A stretch of 64,000 nt of DNA from Curvularia clavata (GCA_023920165.1 CP089275.1:2542001-2606000); one strand, 5' to 3'; numbered from the stretch's first letter, positions 11,437-26,861 are shown. Numbers and translations: made by a program. The notes: generated by a model not told the origin, from the sequence alone.

Positions 11437-12600
11437 AATAATACTAAACAGAAGCTTCGTTATTTCGCAAAAAAGAAAACAATAGATGATGTATCGAGCG
11501 TGCTGAGCCATCAACAACTCCCACAACGATCATCCAATATCTAATTGATTGAACAGCGCCACCACCCTGCTTTATTACGCCATTTTTAGGTCTTGTCTAC
11601 TTGGATACAGTACTTTGGCTAGTACCCTGTACATGCATATGCGGTCAACTCGCCGACTGCCTCGTCCAACCAAACTTGTGATGCTACGTGTTTTTAGAAC
11701 CTTTATCTCTTTTCGTCTGCTGCCAAGCCATTACATGCTCGGCCAGCTAGGGAGGCCACAAGCAATAAGATTGACCGTTCACCCGTGCACTCTAGATCCT
11801 TATACACATGCAGTAACGTTGTTTCTTACGAATTTGCAACGCGGTTGTGATGAAACTAACTCTTAATATATGCATATGTACTTGACTATGACATATGTCC
11901 ATTGGTGCTCAAATAGGTAGTAGATGATATTTGTACTATGTTCAACTGATCTGCAAGATTGGAATAGCTCTGACAATAGTTTGCAAGAAGGTACGGTTTA
12001 AGAAGCTTTTGTACTCTACGTAAATGCTTATGGAACAGGCAGAACACTTATGTCGCGCAACAGTTGACGTCATTATCAATATTAACAACAGCCAAATGTT
12101 CTATTTTTTTTGGCGTTCGTCCGCCTTCTTGTTAGCCCAACTTAGTCAGCATCGGTAATCAAGGAAACGGATGGCCAGAACGGTTCACCAGCAATTCTCC
12201 TCAGATCGAACCGACTATGATTTTGACTGGTTTACATCATCTGCAACAGTAGCGTGTCTTAATCTGCCCAACAGCTCAACAGAAGGATCCAAGCTAAAGT
12301 TAAAACTTGCCTGATTCATGCTATTTGCTTGAAAGGCGATGCTCAAGCATAATGTCGTCTCAAGTGCTTTGAGCGACAATGTGAAGCTCACAAGTTAATG
12401 AACGCGATTCCACGTATACACCAGCGATGATTGTCCCGACTAGTTGGGCATGGCAGGTAATACAAGAAGTTCAGTGGAGAGAAGAGGTATATAAAATTAT
12501 TTCTGTCTTTACAAGGCGATAAGCAAAAGTCTATACAAGGACAAGAACATCTCATAACACATGGTAAATACAGGTCGTTTATTGGGGTCCTGAAATCGTC

Positions 12601-14280
12601 TCACACAGCCTCCTTGGAGTTAACCTGCTCAAGATGAGCAGAGGCTCCCTTCTTCTCTGGATAATCGCTCTCGTCATCGCTAACATGGAAACTATCGACC
12701 ACGGTAGTAGCGAACTTCCTGGCAGGGACCCGTCTCTCAAAGAGAATATCAAGTTCACCATATGTCCTGCCTTTGGGCTCAGGGAGACGGAAGAAAGCCC
12801 AGACGAAGCAGCCAAAGGCAGTTGCTGCATAAAAGAAGCCGCTCTTGGCGCCCCAGTTCCAGGCGCCAGGATTGAGCATGCGCGGAGTTATGATGTTGCC
12901 AATGATGGAGCCTATGTTGTAAAAGTTTCTGGCCAAGACGACTGTCTTCTGGCGGAGACGGGTCGATGGAATCTCAGCGACGATGGAATAACATACTGGA
13001 CCGACTGTGCAGTTGTAGGCGGCGGCAAAAAGCAAGAGCATGGCACCAATTCCCCATTGCGCACTGACATTGCCCTTGGGGATGACACCGAGACCGCCAA
13101 TAATGCACAAGAGTATGACCATGACCAGGTCACCGAAGACGTACAAGGTCCGACGTCCGACTCGTTGAATGAGAATCCAGGCGGCCAAGACACCCACACC
13201 GCCAATTGCGTATTGGCCAAGACTCATAGAAAAGGCGTTGGAGTCGCTGAGGCCGGCTTGCTGGAAGAAGTAGGTACTGTAGCCAATGAGGCCGGCTCCA
13301 CAAAAGGCCTGGGTAAACCAAGCCATGGCAGCAATTTCGGTTCGTCGAAGGTCGGTTCCCTTGAAGCAGTCGAGGTATGAAGTGCCCTCAGACACTGCCA
13401 TCTCCATAGCGTTGGTGTGTCGCATCATAGCAATGGTTTCATCGGCATTGAATTCGGGGAGCTTTTCAGGAGATGTCAAGCGCATCAGCATCTTCTTTGC
13501 CTCGTCACAGCGGTCCTTGCGTACGAGCCACCAGGGCGACTCTGGTGCAAAGGAGATTCCAATCATCAATGGGACTGGCCAGAGCCACTGCAGGGCGTAA
13601 GGGATGCGGTAGGCCCACTGATCAGGAATCTCAGCTACACCCTTGAGCACACCCGAGGCGAGAAACTGGCCAATGACCCAGCAGAGGTTGACGTAGGTGG
13701 TAAGAATCGGGCGCAGAGGAACAGGCACGACTTCGGCAGCGTACGTGCAAGTTAGAGTCTGGAAGACTCCCCATGGAATGCCGCAGAGGATGAGACCGCC
13801 TAGGAGCATTTCGATGTTGTGAGCGAAGAACACAATAAAGATGAAGCAGTTGGTGGCAAACAAGGCTCCAATCATTGTCTTCTTGTATCCGAATCGATCT
13901 GCGATAAGACCGTTGAGCAGCAAACCCGTAAACTCGCCGACATAGGCGCCATTGGTGAGTCCAGCTTGCCAAGCTGCGGTCACCTCGTAGGTGCCATTAG
14001 GAAGCTGTTGACCAAATTTGCGTTTGAAGGCCGGCACCGCCATCAGGTTGGCAATGAGCACTTTGTCGAAACCCTCCATGATGATGGCCGCAGAGAGTAG
14101 AACCGACCAAGCTATGGCCTTTGGGTACAGGTTGATGCCCTGCTTGAGCGTCATCTGCTGCTCGGCTTTTGTTCCTTTGCTGGCATCGTGGACGACCTGT
14201 TTGATGTCCGGGACAGTAATGGAGAGGCGCCGCGCCTGCTCGGGATCGACTGCGACAACACTGCTGTTGCGGTGAGCCAT
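12601..14280 (-). CDS. malP: Maltose/alpha-glucoside:H+ symporter (sugar porter MFS, MAL11/MalP-like), 559 aa, intronless
   Basis: Motifs AIIMEGFD, DRFGYKKT, YAAEVVP..LR..LTTYVNLCW, PESPWWLVR, YLDCFKGTDLRRTEI, EIPSTRLR, LPEPKGRTYGELDILF. Confidence 0.93.
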   Translation of the reverse strand: MAHRNSSVVAVDPEQARRLSITVPDIKQVVHDASKGTKAEQQMTLKQGINLYPKAIAWSVLLSAAIIMEGFDKVLIANLMAVPAFKRKFGQQLPNGTYEVTAAWQAGLTNGAYVGEFTGLLLNGLIADRFGYKKTMIGALFATNCFIFIVFFAHNIEMLLGGLILCGIPWGVFQTLTCTYAAEVVPVPLRPILTTYVNLCWVIGQFLASGVLKGVAEIPDQWAYRIPYALQWLWPVPLMIGISFAPESPWWLVRKDRCDEAKKMLMRLTSPEKLPEFNADETIAMMRHTNAMEMAVSEGTSYLDCFKGTDLRRTEIAAMAWFTQAFCGAGLIGYSTYFFQQAGLSDSNAFSMSLGQYAIGGVGVLAAWILIQRVGRRTLYVFGDLVMVILLCIIGGLGVIPKGNVSAQWGIGAMLLLFAAAYNCTVGPVCYSIVAEIPSTRLRQKTVVLARNFYNIGSIIGNIITPRMLNPGAWNWGAKSGFFYAATAFGCFVWAFFRLPEPKGRTYGELDILFERRVPARKFATTVVDSFHVSDDESDYPEKKGASAHLEQVNSKEAV

Positions 14281-17099
<2,819 letters not shown>

Positions 17100-17253
17100 A
17101 TGAATTGATGAATACACTTCCACTGTTCGAGACAGAGGCTTACGTGGTTTAACGAAGCTCATCTTGCTTTTTTTTTAATGAGTTCTTTGCTCTTTCTATT
17201 TCGTCATCATAATCTACTACAAAATTACAAAAAAGGTAAGATGCTTGTATCCG

Positions 17254-19036
17254 CTATACATGACCAAAACTCGCCACCTGCATTGTCAAGCGTTTCGAAA
17301 TGTTATTCCATGTCGCCAATAAGCCCCTCCTCGCTTCCGATCTCGGCGCCTCTTGCTCTGGCGGCTGTATTCCCCCATCAGCCATGACTTCGAGTCCAGC
17401 CGCTGTCTTCGACTGCGTAGCCTGGTACCAGGGGTCATTGCCAGCGCCAGGGCTCTGCAGGTCAAGCGGCATATTAGGAGAGCTGGCATTGCTGAGGACC
17501 TCGGGAAACATGGTTTGCAGGCGTTCGAGCTTTTCCAGCAAAATGCCACGCCGGGTTGCGTCTAGATGTGGGATAAGCAGGACGAAGTCGAGAATGAAGA
17601 GGAAATCATCAATACGGTGGGCTGTCTCGTCCAGCGTGGCGGCGGGCACATGGATCAGCACGTCAGCAATGGTGTCTGTGATTTCAAAGAGCTTTTGCGT
17701 GATGCTAGTGCCGTGCACTTCAATGTCTTCCCGTGACATGCTGGAGACTTGCTGCCGGAGTGTTTGGGAAAGACGCACGGGGAATAGGAGTGATAGGCAT
17801 TCTTTGGAAGACCGGGATGAAAGGAGGGTCTGGCTCATGGCCAGACGCCAAACTAAAGTGCGCAGCCACTCGCGGGTAATGCAGAGATCGGCACGCTGCA
17901 TCATGGAGAGCATGGACATCTCGCGTGCGTCCGACTCCGGGTCGCCTTCCAGCTCGCGAGACTTAGCCTCCACCCAGGTGCTCGTGACATTGGCTCCCTG
18001 CGAATCGAGCCAGCTATCAAGAAACTCTGTATCGAGCAGTCGGAAAAGTTTAATGATTTGATTGAATCCTTCGTGGACCTGGGTTGGAATTGTGGGGTCG
18101 TCTTCAGGCATCGTGTAAAGTGGTGGCAAGATTGCGCGGCGGTAATCAAGGATGGCCAGAAATCGCTCGTGAATGAATGCTTGCCAATACAGCCTTTGCC
18201 GGCGAGACCGCTCTGGGGGCGATAGTTGTGCCGTATTTTCCGGGTTGTCTATCCTCAGGAGCTGGATGATGGTGATTGCGTCGCGCATGTAGAAAAACGC
18301 GGCATCACTGCCCTGGAGACTCTGTAGGCAGTTGTGAATGAACATGGACTGCACTGCCCGCATGACAGAAAAGTGCATGTGCCTGTGACCTCGCGGCATG
18401 GTGTCGATGGAATAGTTCATGAGTTTTTCAATGGTCTGGACCACCTCCTCTGTTCTTCTGTCGCCATAACGAGTGAGATTGAGGGTGCACCCACCAAAAG
18501 AATACACAAAAGAGCATACATCTGGGTCAACGTCCATTGACTCAATGTACTGATGGAGCTCGTAAGCGGTAATGACCGGATGCACTGGATACACTCCCTC
18601 GACATAGTCGGGTATGAGATCGAGAAAGAAGGACTTGGTGTACTGTGAGGTCAGGGAAGACGCGGGAGATGCTGCCTGGGGTCAGCAGCAGCATTTCACA
18701 TTGTGTCTGGAGGGCTCAGAGCGACGTACTGGCTTCTGCTTCGTTGCTTGCGACGGTTGGCGAAATGGGCGTGTATACCGTCTGGAAGCCGCCCTGGCCT
18801 GGATGGGCAGGCAGAATGGGCGGAGCTGTAGCTGGCGAAGAAGACGTCTGGTTTCTGAATTCTGAAATGATATGGCCTCTCTTGCCCTGAGATCTTTGCT
18901 TGCTAGACGGCGAGTAGATGCACCGCAGACCCAGGTGCGCACATTGCTGGCAGCGCGCCTGGCCATTGCAACGCACCTTTCGCCGTTTGCATGCGTCGCA
19001 TGCTTTGGAAACTCTTTTCTGCGATGTTTGGTCCAT
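17254..19036 (-). CDS. malR: Zn(II)2Cys6 transcription factor, MalR-like; intron about 18672-18729
   Basis: CDACKRRKVRCNGQARCQQCAHLGLRC plus a middle-homology region (RRQRLYWQAFIHERFLAI, QRADLCITREWLRTLVW). Adjacent to the permease and maltase. Confidence 0.85.
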
Positions 19037-21924
19037 GGTAGCGGGTCATGTTGCGCGCGTAGAGCTTCTTCTTTTTTTCTTCTTCGAGCGTCGGAGTCGG
19101 AAAGGTCAGAAGATCCGGGGGCGGGACATACAAGTGCGGAGAGGTGCGCTAACGCCGGAGCTCCATTCCCAAAGTAGCCTGCCTGCATCGTGGGCTTATG
19201 CGATGCACCGAGTCAGGCAGGTCTAGGTGGTTTTGCTGGCGGTGTGGGGAGCTTGTTGGATTACACGTACCTGGATCGTGGGGATGGCCTCATGCATGTC
19301 CAACCTGCGTCATGCGCGTTGGACGCCGCTCACGGGCGGGTAAGCTCAGGGATCAGTTCACCACGCAGGCTTCCATGCAGCCTAGAACATCGTCTACGCA
19401 TGCATGTGATAGTTGGACAGGGACGGGGTGTGCAATAGACGCGGAGCGTCCTCGGATACCTGCTGGTTGCTTCTCCCCCGTTGGACTTAGTACTATACCA
19501 CACCCTTCCCCATACCAACTTCTCCATCTGCAGACAACACGCACGCTTCGGAAATTACCTTCATATATCTCTCACCAGCGCAGTGGACGTGTCTACAATG
19601 TGCATACACCACCTTCCTCGCATGAAGAGGCCATTTTGGTTGTTTCATCCGGCAAAAGATTTGTCAGGGAGGTTTTCGTCATTTGATCGATTGCTTACGG
19701 CTACGCCATACATTACTGTTTCCATCCATGCCAGAATGGCACACGCTCTGTGTTGTCTCCATTGAGCGTAACTCGGATTCTCAATGTGTATAGTTTTGGA
19801 ATACGTCTTTGTTGTATAATGTAGTTACGGAATGTCCTACCAGCCGTTGGACCAAGGCTGAAGCTTCCATGTGACCCGTTGCCGTTAGTCACGGCCGAGT
19901 ATCCAGATGCTGCATAGTACACCAGCACTTGTTTCAGCCATCCATGCCTATTAGAATAACATCCGCCATCCACCTGAACTAGCAGTTCTCGTGCAATCTA
20001 AGCACAAACATTGATGCAGAACATACGGTCTCACGTAGCTCTTCTTGACGCCACAAAGCGGGATAGAAAGCTACAATAGAATCACAAACAGGCCACACGC
20101 TATGGATTACATACGGCAATGTATACAAAAAAGGTCAAGAGAGCCGAACCTGATGTACATCATAGCAAAGTGGAGTGAGATGCACATCTACTGGGATGCG
20201 GCCCGACACGAATCAAGGGTAAGAATTAGTGGAACATTGGTTTAAAGCAGCTAGCAGAAACAAACAATCCTATTCTTTTCAGCAGACAGGAGTGTTTTTC
20301 CTCGACAAACCTCTTTTTGTCACACTTTGTCTAGAAGGCTTTCCATTGTTATCTTGTGTCCATCTCTAATGTTGTACAACTTCGACTTTCATGGTTCTAG
20401 TTATTTATCCCCTCTGCTATACGTCACTCTTCCTCCCCTATCCTTGATCAAGGTACCGTTTGGGCCTTCTACCATGAATCGGGTTTCTCCGTTACAATAT
20501 AACGATTTACGTCTCGTACTACACGACAGCTAGAAGATATTGGTCTGATGGAATTTCCCATTATGTGATTGGCGTTGGTAGATCAGGTGATCGGAGCTTG
20601 GCAAGAATATCATGTCCGATCTGCTGTCAGGTCTTTTCTTGGGTTGTGGAGTCAATTAGCCGGGCCATATTTTATTGGTTACCAAGTAGTCAACAACACA
20701 ATTTATATCCACGAGTACTACTCAGTCAAAGACACCTTTATGCAATCAGATAGGCTACCATGATTACCTAGCCCCTACGTCCCAATGACTTCTTTTCGTT
20801 GCGCTAGTACTGGTTTGGCATGGCTATCTGCTTTTTACTAGAGCGCCCAGTATGCAGCCACTCAAAAGGTTCACTTTCCATATTTCCGGATGGCTTGGCG
20901 GGGTATACTCGTTACATTGGACCCCTATTACAGTACCAACTCGATAATTGTTACACACTGCTCCTGTATCACCTAGCTTTTAGGCATCTGATTCCGGCAT
21001 CTCTGTAACAACAACGATGTTCAATGTTCCTGACGGTTTGCAGATGCTATGTTCTTGCATTTTCAGAAAGGCTTGTCTAACCCATCTCTGGACTGTTGCA
21101 TACGAAGTCTCCCTGGGTACAAACATATCGGATCGTTCTGTTGGTCAGGGGATATGGTGGACAAAGTCCGATATGAGCAAGTCAGTACTCCGTAGGGCGT
21201 GTTAGTGGGGTATGTAACAGTAAAAATACGCGGAGTATTCGTACATCTATATTAAGCATTTGCTAGTAGCATCAATGGTCAAAAGCAGCAATCATCTTCG
21301 ATGCACGCTATAGGCCGCAGGAACGAAGACTTATCTTTCAAGAGGGTGTGGTAAGAGAAAATCCGGACGACCATATCATTGTCGATAAAGAGCTATTAGA
21401 CTGTAGACAGAGTGGCCGCATACTGAGAAGCGCAAAAGGAAGGGACATGATACCTTCAATGGAGCAAAGGACAGGAAACAAACATCAAAATCTAAAGATT
21501 CGCAGCCTGCTACATCTGGTATGCAGCTATGCGTTGAGCGCTTTGGTCTTAGTTGATGTCGAATTATTCAGCTGCGTATGGCAAGAGTGCAGGTCTTTGT
21601 GGCGCATTGCTATTAGGAACATAACCAGGGTTCTTCGAACAGGCCGAATCAATTATCGCTATCTGAAGCTGCATTTTACAATGCTTATTACTTTTGTTTG
21701 CGATAAAGTATAAAATGAGGTCGGCAAACCTGATTACGCTTTCAGTCAGAGCAAGTAATCTCTGCAGCAGGGCCAGGAATAGCTACAGGGTTCACCTTTG
21801 TATGTAGACCCACCAATATTCAAGGATCAAGCAAGATGATGTGAGACCTAGTCATAACGCGTTTTGCCTACAGTAGGCTTGTCTTCGTATAAGCCAAGAC
21901 TATCACGCCACAGACAAAACATCC

Positions 21925-22937
21925 CTAGCTGAACGTATGGGTTGCCACTTCAGCACCTTCATTTCCGTTTGCTCCCCTATTCTCAGCTTGTTCTTTGGCC
22001 TGAATATACTGGTACTTGAGACGAGCCGCCTTGAGCTCGGCCTCAGCAACCTCCAGCTCAGCCTGCAGCTTTTGGACTGCGAGAGGCTCGCTTGAGGTAT
22101 CGACATCGCGCAGGGGATCGCCTTGAGGACCAGGAGAGAGGGAGAAGGTAGGTGTGGGACGGGCCAGCACAGAGCGGGCTTGAGAAGACCTGGCAGACCT
22201 TATGTCGACGTCGTCATCTTCGTCGGTGAGAACAGTTCGGTTCGCACGGCTGGCAGCGCACCGGGAGCTGCTGGGTGTACCGCCTGCGCTTTGGCGCTTC
22301 TTCGCGGCTGGATCATGGCGCTGGAAACCGCCTGACTCGCTTCGACGGAGACGCCTAGGCTTATCTGCGGCGCATGAGTATTCGTATGTTGGGATTTGGA
22401 AGGCATTATTCTCCACTCACTTTTGTGACGTTTTTCCATAACACGCGCCTCGTAGACCTCTTGGACGCCGCTGCGACGACGCTTCGTGCCCTTGAGCCCA
22501 TCCGGCTCAACCAACTCTTCAAAGTATGAGTCAGTTGATGAGCTCTCGGAAGATTCTTCGACTTCGACTCTGTTTTTGCGCTCCGGATGTTGATACTCGT
22601 CTTTGAGCTCCTTTATGTCGTTCAAACGACACCAAGGATGCTTGGGCTCGTGTAGCGCACACTTTGCATACAGATCGGCTTGGAATGCTGCAAGATCTCC
22701 ATTCTTGAGGCGTGAGATGGCCATGAGGTCTTTTAGAAACTGGACGCCCCAGTTACGAGGGTCGTCCTCGGTCTCATCCTTGATGTGATCACGGCGATCG
22801 CAATCCCACGCGCGCATGCGGATGTCCTGGGGGATGATGTCGACGGGGTCGGAGACGCCAAAGGAACTAGCTAGGGCGGGAAGGAGGCATTGCACTAGGT
22901 CCTTGGTCTCGGGATTCAATGTTTCGAAGCGGCGCAT
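21925..22937 (-). CDS. Hypothetical protein with basic NLS-like stretches and a C-terminal coiled coil; intron 22365-22420
   Basis: A GTGAGT...CAG intron joins the 245-aa and 163-aa ORFs in frame. Confidence 0.75.
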
Positions 22938-24140
22938 GATGAGAGTTGATGTCTTGTAGTTGACTGTGTGGTGGGTATGAGGGTTGAGTGGAAGCCGTTT
23001 TTGAAGCTCTCGAGCGGAGAAGGGATGTCTACAGCGGTGAGTTCAGCAAGGCAGGGTGTAAGGCGAGAGGCGAGTTCTGTTGAATTCAAAAACACGCTCA
23101 CTGCAGCACACCAAGCAGACTTACCTTGATGGATCCTTCCAACAATGTGTTCTTTAACTGAAGGAGTATGTTGTATGGGATAGTGGATGATACAGAGTCA
23201 CGACCGAAACGTATAAATTTATATGTGTTTGCCTGTGGTGTGCTATGAGTAGTCATGCTTCGAGCCGATTGCATGCTAAAATAGGTGTAGTTTCCGTACC
23301 GAAAATCAGGGTTCGCATTATGATAGGTCGCATTAGTATCTTGGCGGTGAGAGGTGTGCTAGAGATTGAGAAGTGAAGGACAGCATGGACATATGAGTAC
23401 CTTGGGTGCTAGCAACCTTCACAACTTTTATTGAGCTTCTTGCTTGATTTATGGGCATAGTGGTGTTAGCGCAGGAGACACGAAAGCAGCTTTGAAGAAA
23501 ATATGGAAAATGCTGCTTATGATGGATCAGTCGCTGAAAAGAAAGTAGCAAAGGAATGCCCTTGGCCCCGTCTCGGCATCAAACTCTGGTACTATCAATC
23601 TTGACTAGCCCGAGAAATATATCAGTTTTTCGTCCGTTAATCGAAGCCTATGAAGCTGAGCTAATTGAACCGATTGTTAGCAAATCTGCTTGGCACTCAA
23701 TTTGCCAAATAAAAGAGGATGCCTTTTTCATAGTGTCTATGCTAAAAGCTCACTGTTCGCTATTAGTGTATAGATGACACAACTTCTACGTGCTCAATTG
23801 TTCCTAAGTGGCAAACTCGGCCTGACTCAAGAGACGGCATGCTATCTCAGTAAGTTGGTGCATTCGATAGTAGCTGTAAACTCCTGACCTGGTAAGCCCA
23901 ATGTATCTCGAGTGCCAAATGCATTGATAACTAGAACATGAGTATCTGGGCAAGAAATTTTGACGACAAACAGCTTGCATTCCAGATTGACGAACAAAGC
24001 TGCGGTTTGATCAAGAGCGACAGGGGTCCTAGCGTTCGTTCCCAATCCCTGTCATGTACCTATGCCAATTAGCCCAGTATCTCCACCTCCGAACCAACTG
24101 CATCAACACATGCTATGAAAGAACAATAAGACAAAAAAGC

Positions 24141-24992
24141 ATGGCTGTGAAAAGGCAACACTCTCCACCCCCAGGCTCGTCAGAACTATACTTCTCCAGC
24201 CCAATTTACGAACAAACATCTACCTTCACAGCCGCCTTCTCACCCAGTCTCTCTCCCAAAGCCTTGCAAGCCCTCCCTGAATTCCGCAGCGCAACCCATC
24301 GAATCACCGCATGGCGCAAACCCTCGCGACAGAAGTCACTCAAACCGGGGACCCACACGCTCTACGACACAGGGCATGACGATGACGGTGAGAAATGGGC
24401 CGGCACGCGCCTCAGCAAGGTCCTCAACGACACGAACAGCAGTGGCGCCGTGGTCGTCGCGCGCTGGTACGGCGGGCACAATATTGGACCCATCCGCTTC
24501 AGGCACATTGAGGCGAGCGCGAGAGCCGCAATTCATAATGCCCAAGTCGCATCTTCATCTTTATCGTCATCGTCATCGTCATCACGTGCCCAACCAGACA
24601 ATCACTCCAGTGCAAAGAAGCAAAAAATAGATGCAGAAGCACAGGAGGCACAGCGCAAAGAGCTCGTCGCTGCACTGCAAGAAAGAGACTACAACATCAC
24701 TGCGCTGCGAAAGCTGCTGAGCGAGAAAAAGGCTAGGCTGCTAGGCGAGCCAGGGGAGGAGGTGAAGACGCCGCAGAAAGGTGTGGAGTACGAGGGCATG
24801 AGCCTGGATGCATTGCTGAGGCTGGACAAGGCGAGGGACGCGACCGTCGCGTTTGTTTTAAAGCAGATTGACAAGGTGGATGAGGAGATGAAGCTTGTGG
24901 AGGCTCTAGAGGGGGAGGGCACAGAGGAGGCAAATCAAGAGGCGGAGAGAAAGGAGGATGCAATGAAGACAGCACCGGCGACACCTGAATGA
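24141..24992 (+). CDS. IMPACT/UPF0029 (YigZ-like) domain protein with C-terminal coiled coil, no RWD domain
   Basis: Motifs SATHRITAWR, DDDGEKWAG, VVVARWYGGHNIGPIRF. Confidence 0.85.
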   Translation: MAVKRQHSPPPGSSELYFSSPIYEQTSTFTAAFSPSLSPKALQALPEFRSATHRITAWRKPSRQKSLKPGTHTLYDTGHDDDGEKWAGTRLSKVLNDTNSSGAVVVARWYGGHNIGPIRFRHIEASARAAIHNAQVASSSLSSSSSSSRAQPDNHSSAKKQKIDAEAQEAQRKELVAALQERDYNITALRKLLSEKKARLLGEPGEEVKTPQKGVEYEGMSLDALLRLDKARDATVAFVLKQIDKVDEEMKLVEALEGEGTEEANQEAERKEDAMKTAPATPE

Positions 24993-25501
24993 AGCAGTTC
25001 ATTTTGAGCATACCGTCTTACCCAGGACTATGGTCACGTGGACTCGTTTACATCAGAGAGATTGAGGACGATGGGCAGCTGCTTTGATGAAAGCGTTAGC
25101 AAGTCGGCTCAACGCAGCTCAGAGAGTAGTTTCAACAGCCGATACGTCCGCATGCTGGTTAAAACAGGCCAAAGATGTTCCAATTTGGCCTTTCAAAAGG
25201 ATCTATAGGGAGCCCCTCCCAGAGTATGAGTGCATCCATACTTTCAGAAACCCGACAGATCTCCGAACCCATGCATATCCTTCGTAGGGCATGCAGCGTT
25301 CAAGCATGGCACACAAACCGTGTATAGACCATTCTTCCATTTTGTTTTAGCAAGTCATTTAGTGCCTCGGCTACTACAGACTCATACAAGAAATGTTCTT
25401 CAAACACTCATAAATTCGAGACTCATCTTACACGTCTATCCCAAGCCATGCATACAAGGAAAGAAATGAAGAAAGGAAGAAAGATAACAGCCAAATCCGA
25501 C

Positions 25502-25988
25502 CTAGTGACTGATATTCCACCTTCCCTTCTTCAACCGCCTCATGATGGTCTTGCGCCCCTTCTTGGTCCGTAGCCGGCTCAAGAACCCATGTCTGCGCTT
25601 CCGCACCAGATGGCTGGGATTATACGTGTCGCGGGGTCCACATCGGATCTGTGTGTTGCCCAGGCCAGGATGCGCTGATATCTTGCCTGCTAGGTCGAGC
25701 GTCTCTGGGCTGGAGAGAGCGGATGGCGAATAAGAGCCTGGTGAGGGTAGGGTGGAGCAAAAGGAGTGTGTAGCAGGAAGCATGGGGCGGCGGGGTGTGA
25801 GGAGAGATATTTGGCGGGCTTGTGATGCTGCAGATAGCCTGAGAGAAGAGAGTCAGTACCCAGGAGGACATTGAGGTCCTAGGGGATCAAGCGTACCCTT
25901 TTGGTGCTACTAATATGCGTGGTCGGAGAAGTGTGCCAGTGCTAGCAGTTGAGCGGGCAGCGATCCTCAGGCACCGAAAAGCATTCAT
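25502..25988 (-). CDS. MRPL34: Mitochondrial ribosomal protein bL34m, one intron
   Basis: Arg-rich presequence plus RDTYNPSHLVRKRRHGFLSRLRTKKGRKTIMRR.KKGR. A GTACGC..CTGAC..CAG intron restores the frame. Confidence 0.93.
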
Positions 25989-26273
25989 TGTATCTCTTGT
26001 TGGCCCCCAATTAGATTCTTCTTCTGTCCTGTCTCTCTCCCCCTTTAATTCGCCGTAGAGCTGGTGGTAGCGTGGGTGTGGTGGTGGGAGTGGCTTGGCT
26101 GGAGTCTCTGATGCAGACGTGCAAGCCCGGCGCAAGTCCGCAAAGAAAGATTGTCGGCGTCTGTGCGCAAAAAGTTGCGTCTTTCCCTTCCTCCTCGCAC
26201 ACAACTCAACTCTACACGTTCTCGGATCTCCAGGCAACAAACCGCTTTTATACGATCGCACGAATCCGCCAAA

Positions 26274-26861
26274 ATGCTGCTCGAAGCGCCCCCGCCACGC
26301 CGCCACATATCGAGCGCCCCCGTCTCCCTCAGTGCCACATCAGCAACACTCGACAAGTACCTACAAAACTCGGAGACACATGCGCACCTGCACCCAGATG
26401 CGCTCATCACTCCCGATGGTATCACTTTCAATGCGCAGGGCGGCGCCATGGGAAATCTGCTCATGCATCATTTGCGACGTGTAGCTGCGGGTCTGCGCGG
26501 CGAGTACTTGGCGCCAGACAAGTCACTTGATGTGGAAGAGGAAGAGGCTGCTGGTGCTGGCGCCAAGGGCAATGGGAGCGCCGCAGCAGATGAAGGATGG
26601 CAAGACATGGCTTCGTACCAGGCCGAGCAAGGCGCCGTTGAAATTGGCGAGGTGGGAGATAGGACCAATGTTGTGCAAGAGGGTGGTGAGGAGCCACAAG
26701 TACAGACCAAAGACAAGAAGAAAAGGAAGAAGGGTCAGGCAGAAGACGAAAAAGTGCTCGCTGAAGGAGAAGTGGACAAGGAAGCGAGAAAGAAGGCCAA
26801 GAAGGAGCGGGACTTACAGCGCAAGAGGGAAAATGCTGCAAAGGCAAAAAAGTCTGATTAA
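26274..26861 (+). CDS. Probable RNA polymerase I subunit A14 (Rpa14/Ker1-like) with Lys-rich tail
   Basis: ATG in CCAAAATG context; L.KYL..SE.H.HLHPDA...LRRVAAGLRGE core; KKE-rich nucleolar-type tail. Family recalled from memory. Confidence 0.55.
   Translation: MLLEAPPPRRHISSAPVSLSATSATLDKYLQNSETHAHLHPDALITPDGITFNAQGGAMGNLLMHHLRRVAAGLRGEYLAPDKSLDVEEEEAAGAGAKGNGSAAADEGWQDMASYQAEQGAVEIGEVGDRTNVVQEGGEEPQVQTKDKKKRKKGQAEDEKVLAEGEVDKEARKKAKKERDLQRKRENAAKAKKSD

Noticed and set aside
12634..13380. Long antisense ORFs over malP (likewise over malR, STE24, the protease, the kinase and the C2H2 TF)
   Set aside because: Shadow ORFs caused by codon bias of the real gene on the opposite strand.
23300..24050. 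Short protein-like fragments in the intergenic gap
   Set aside because: No coherent frame or recognisable motif.
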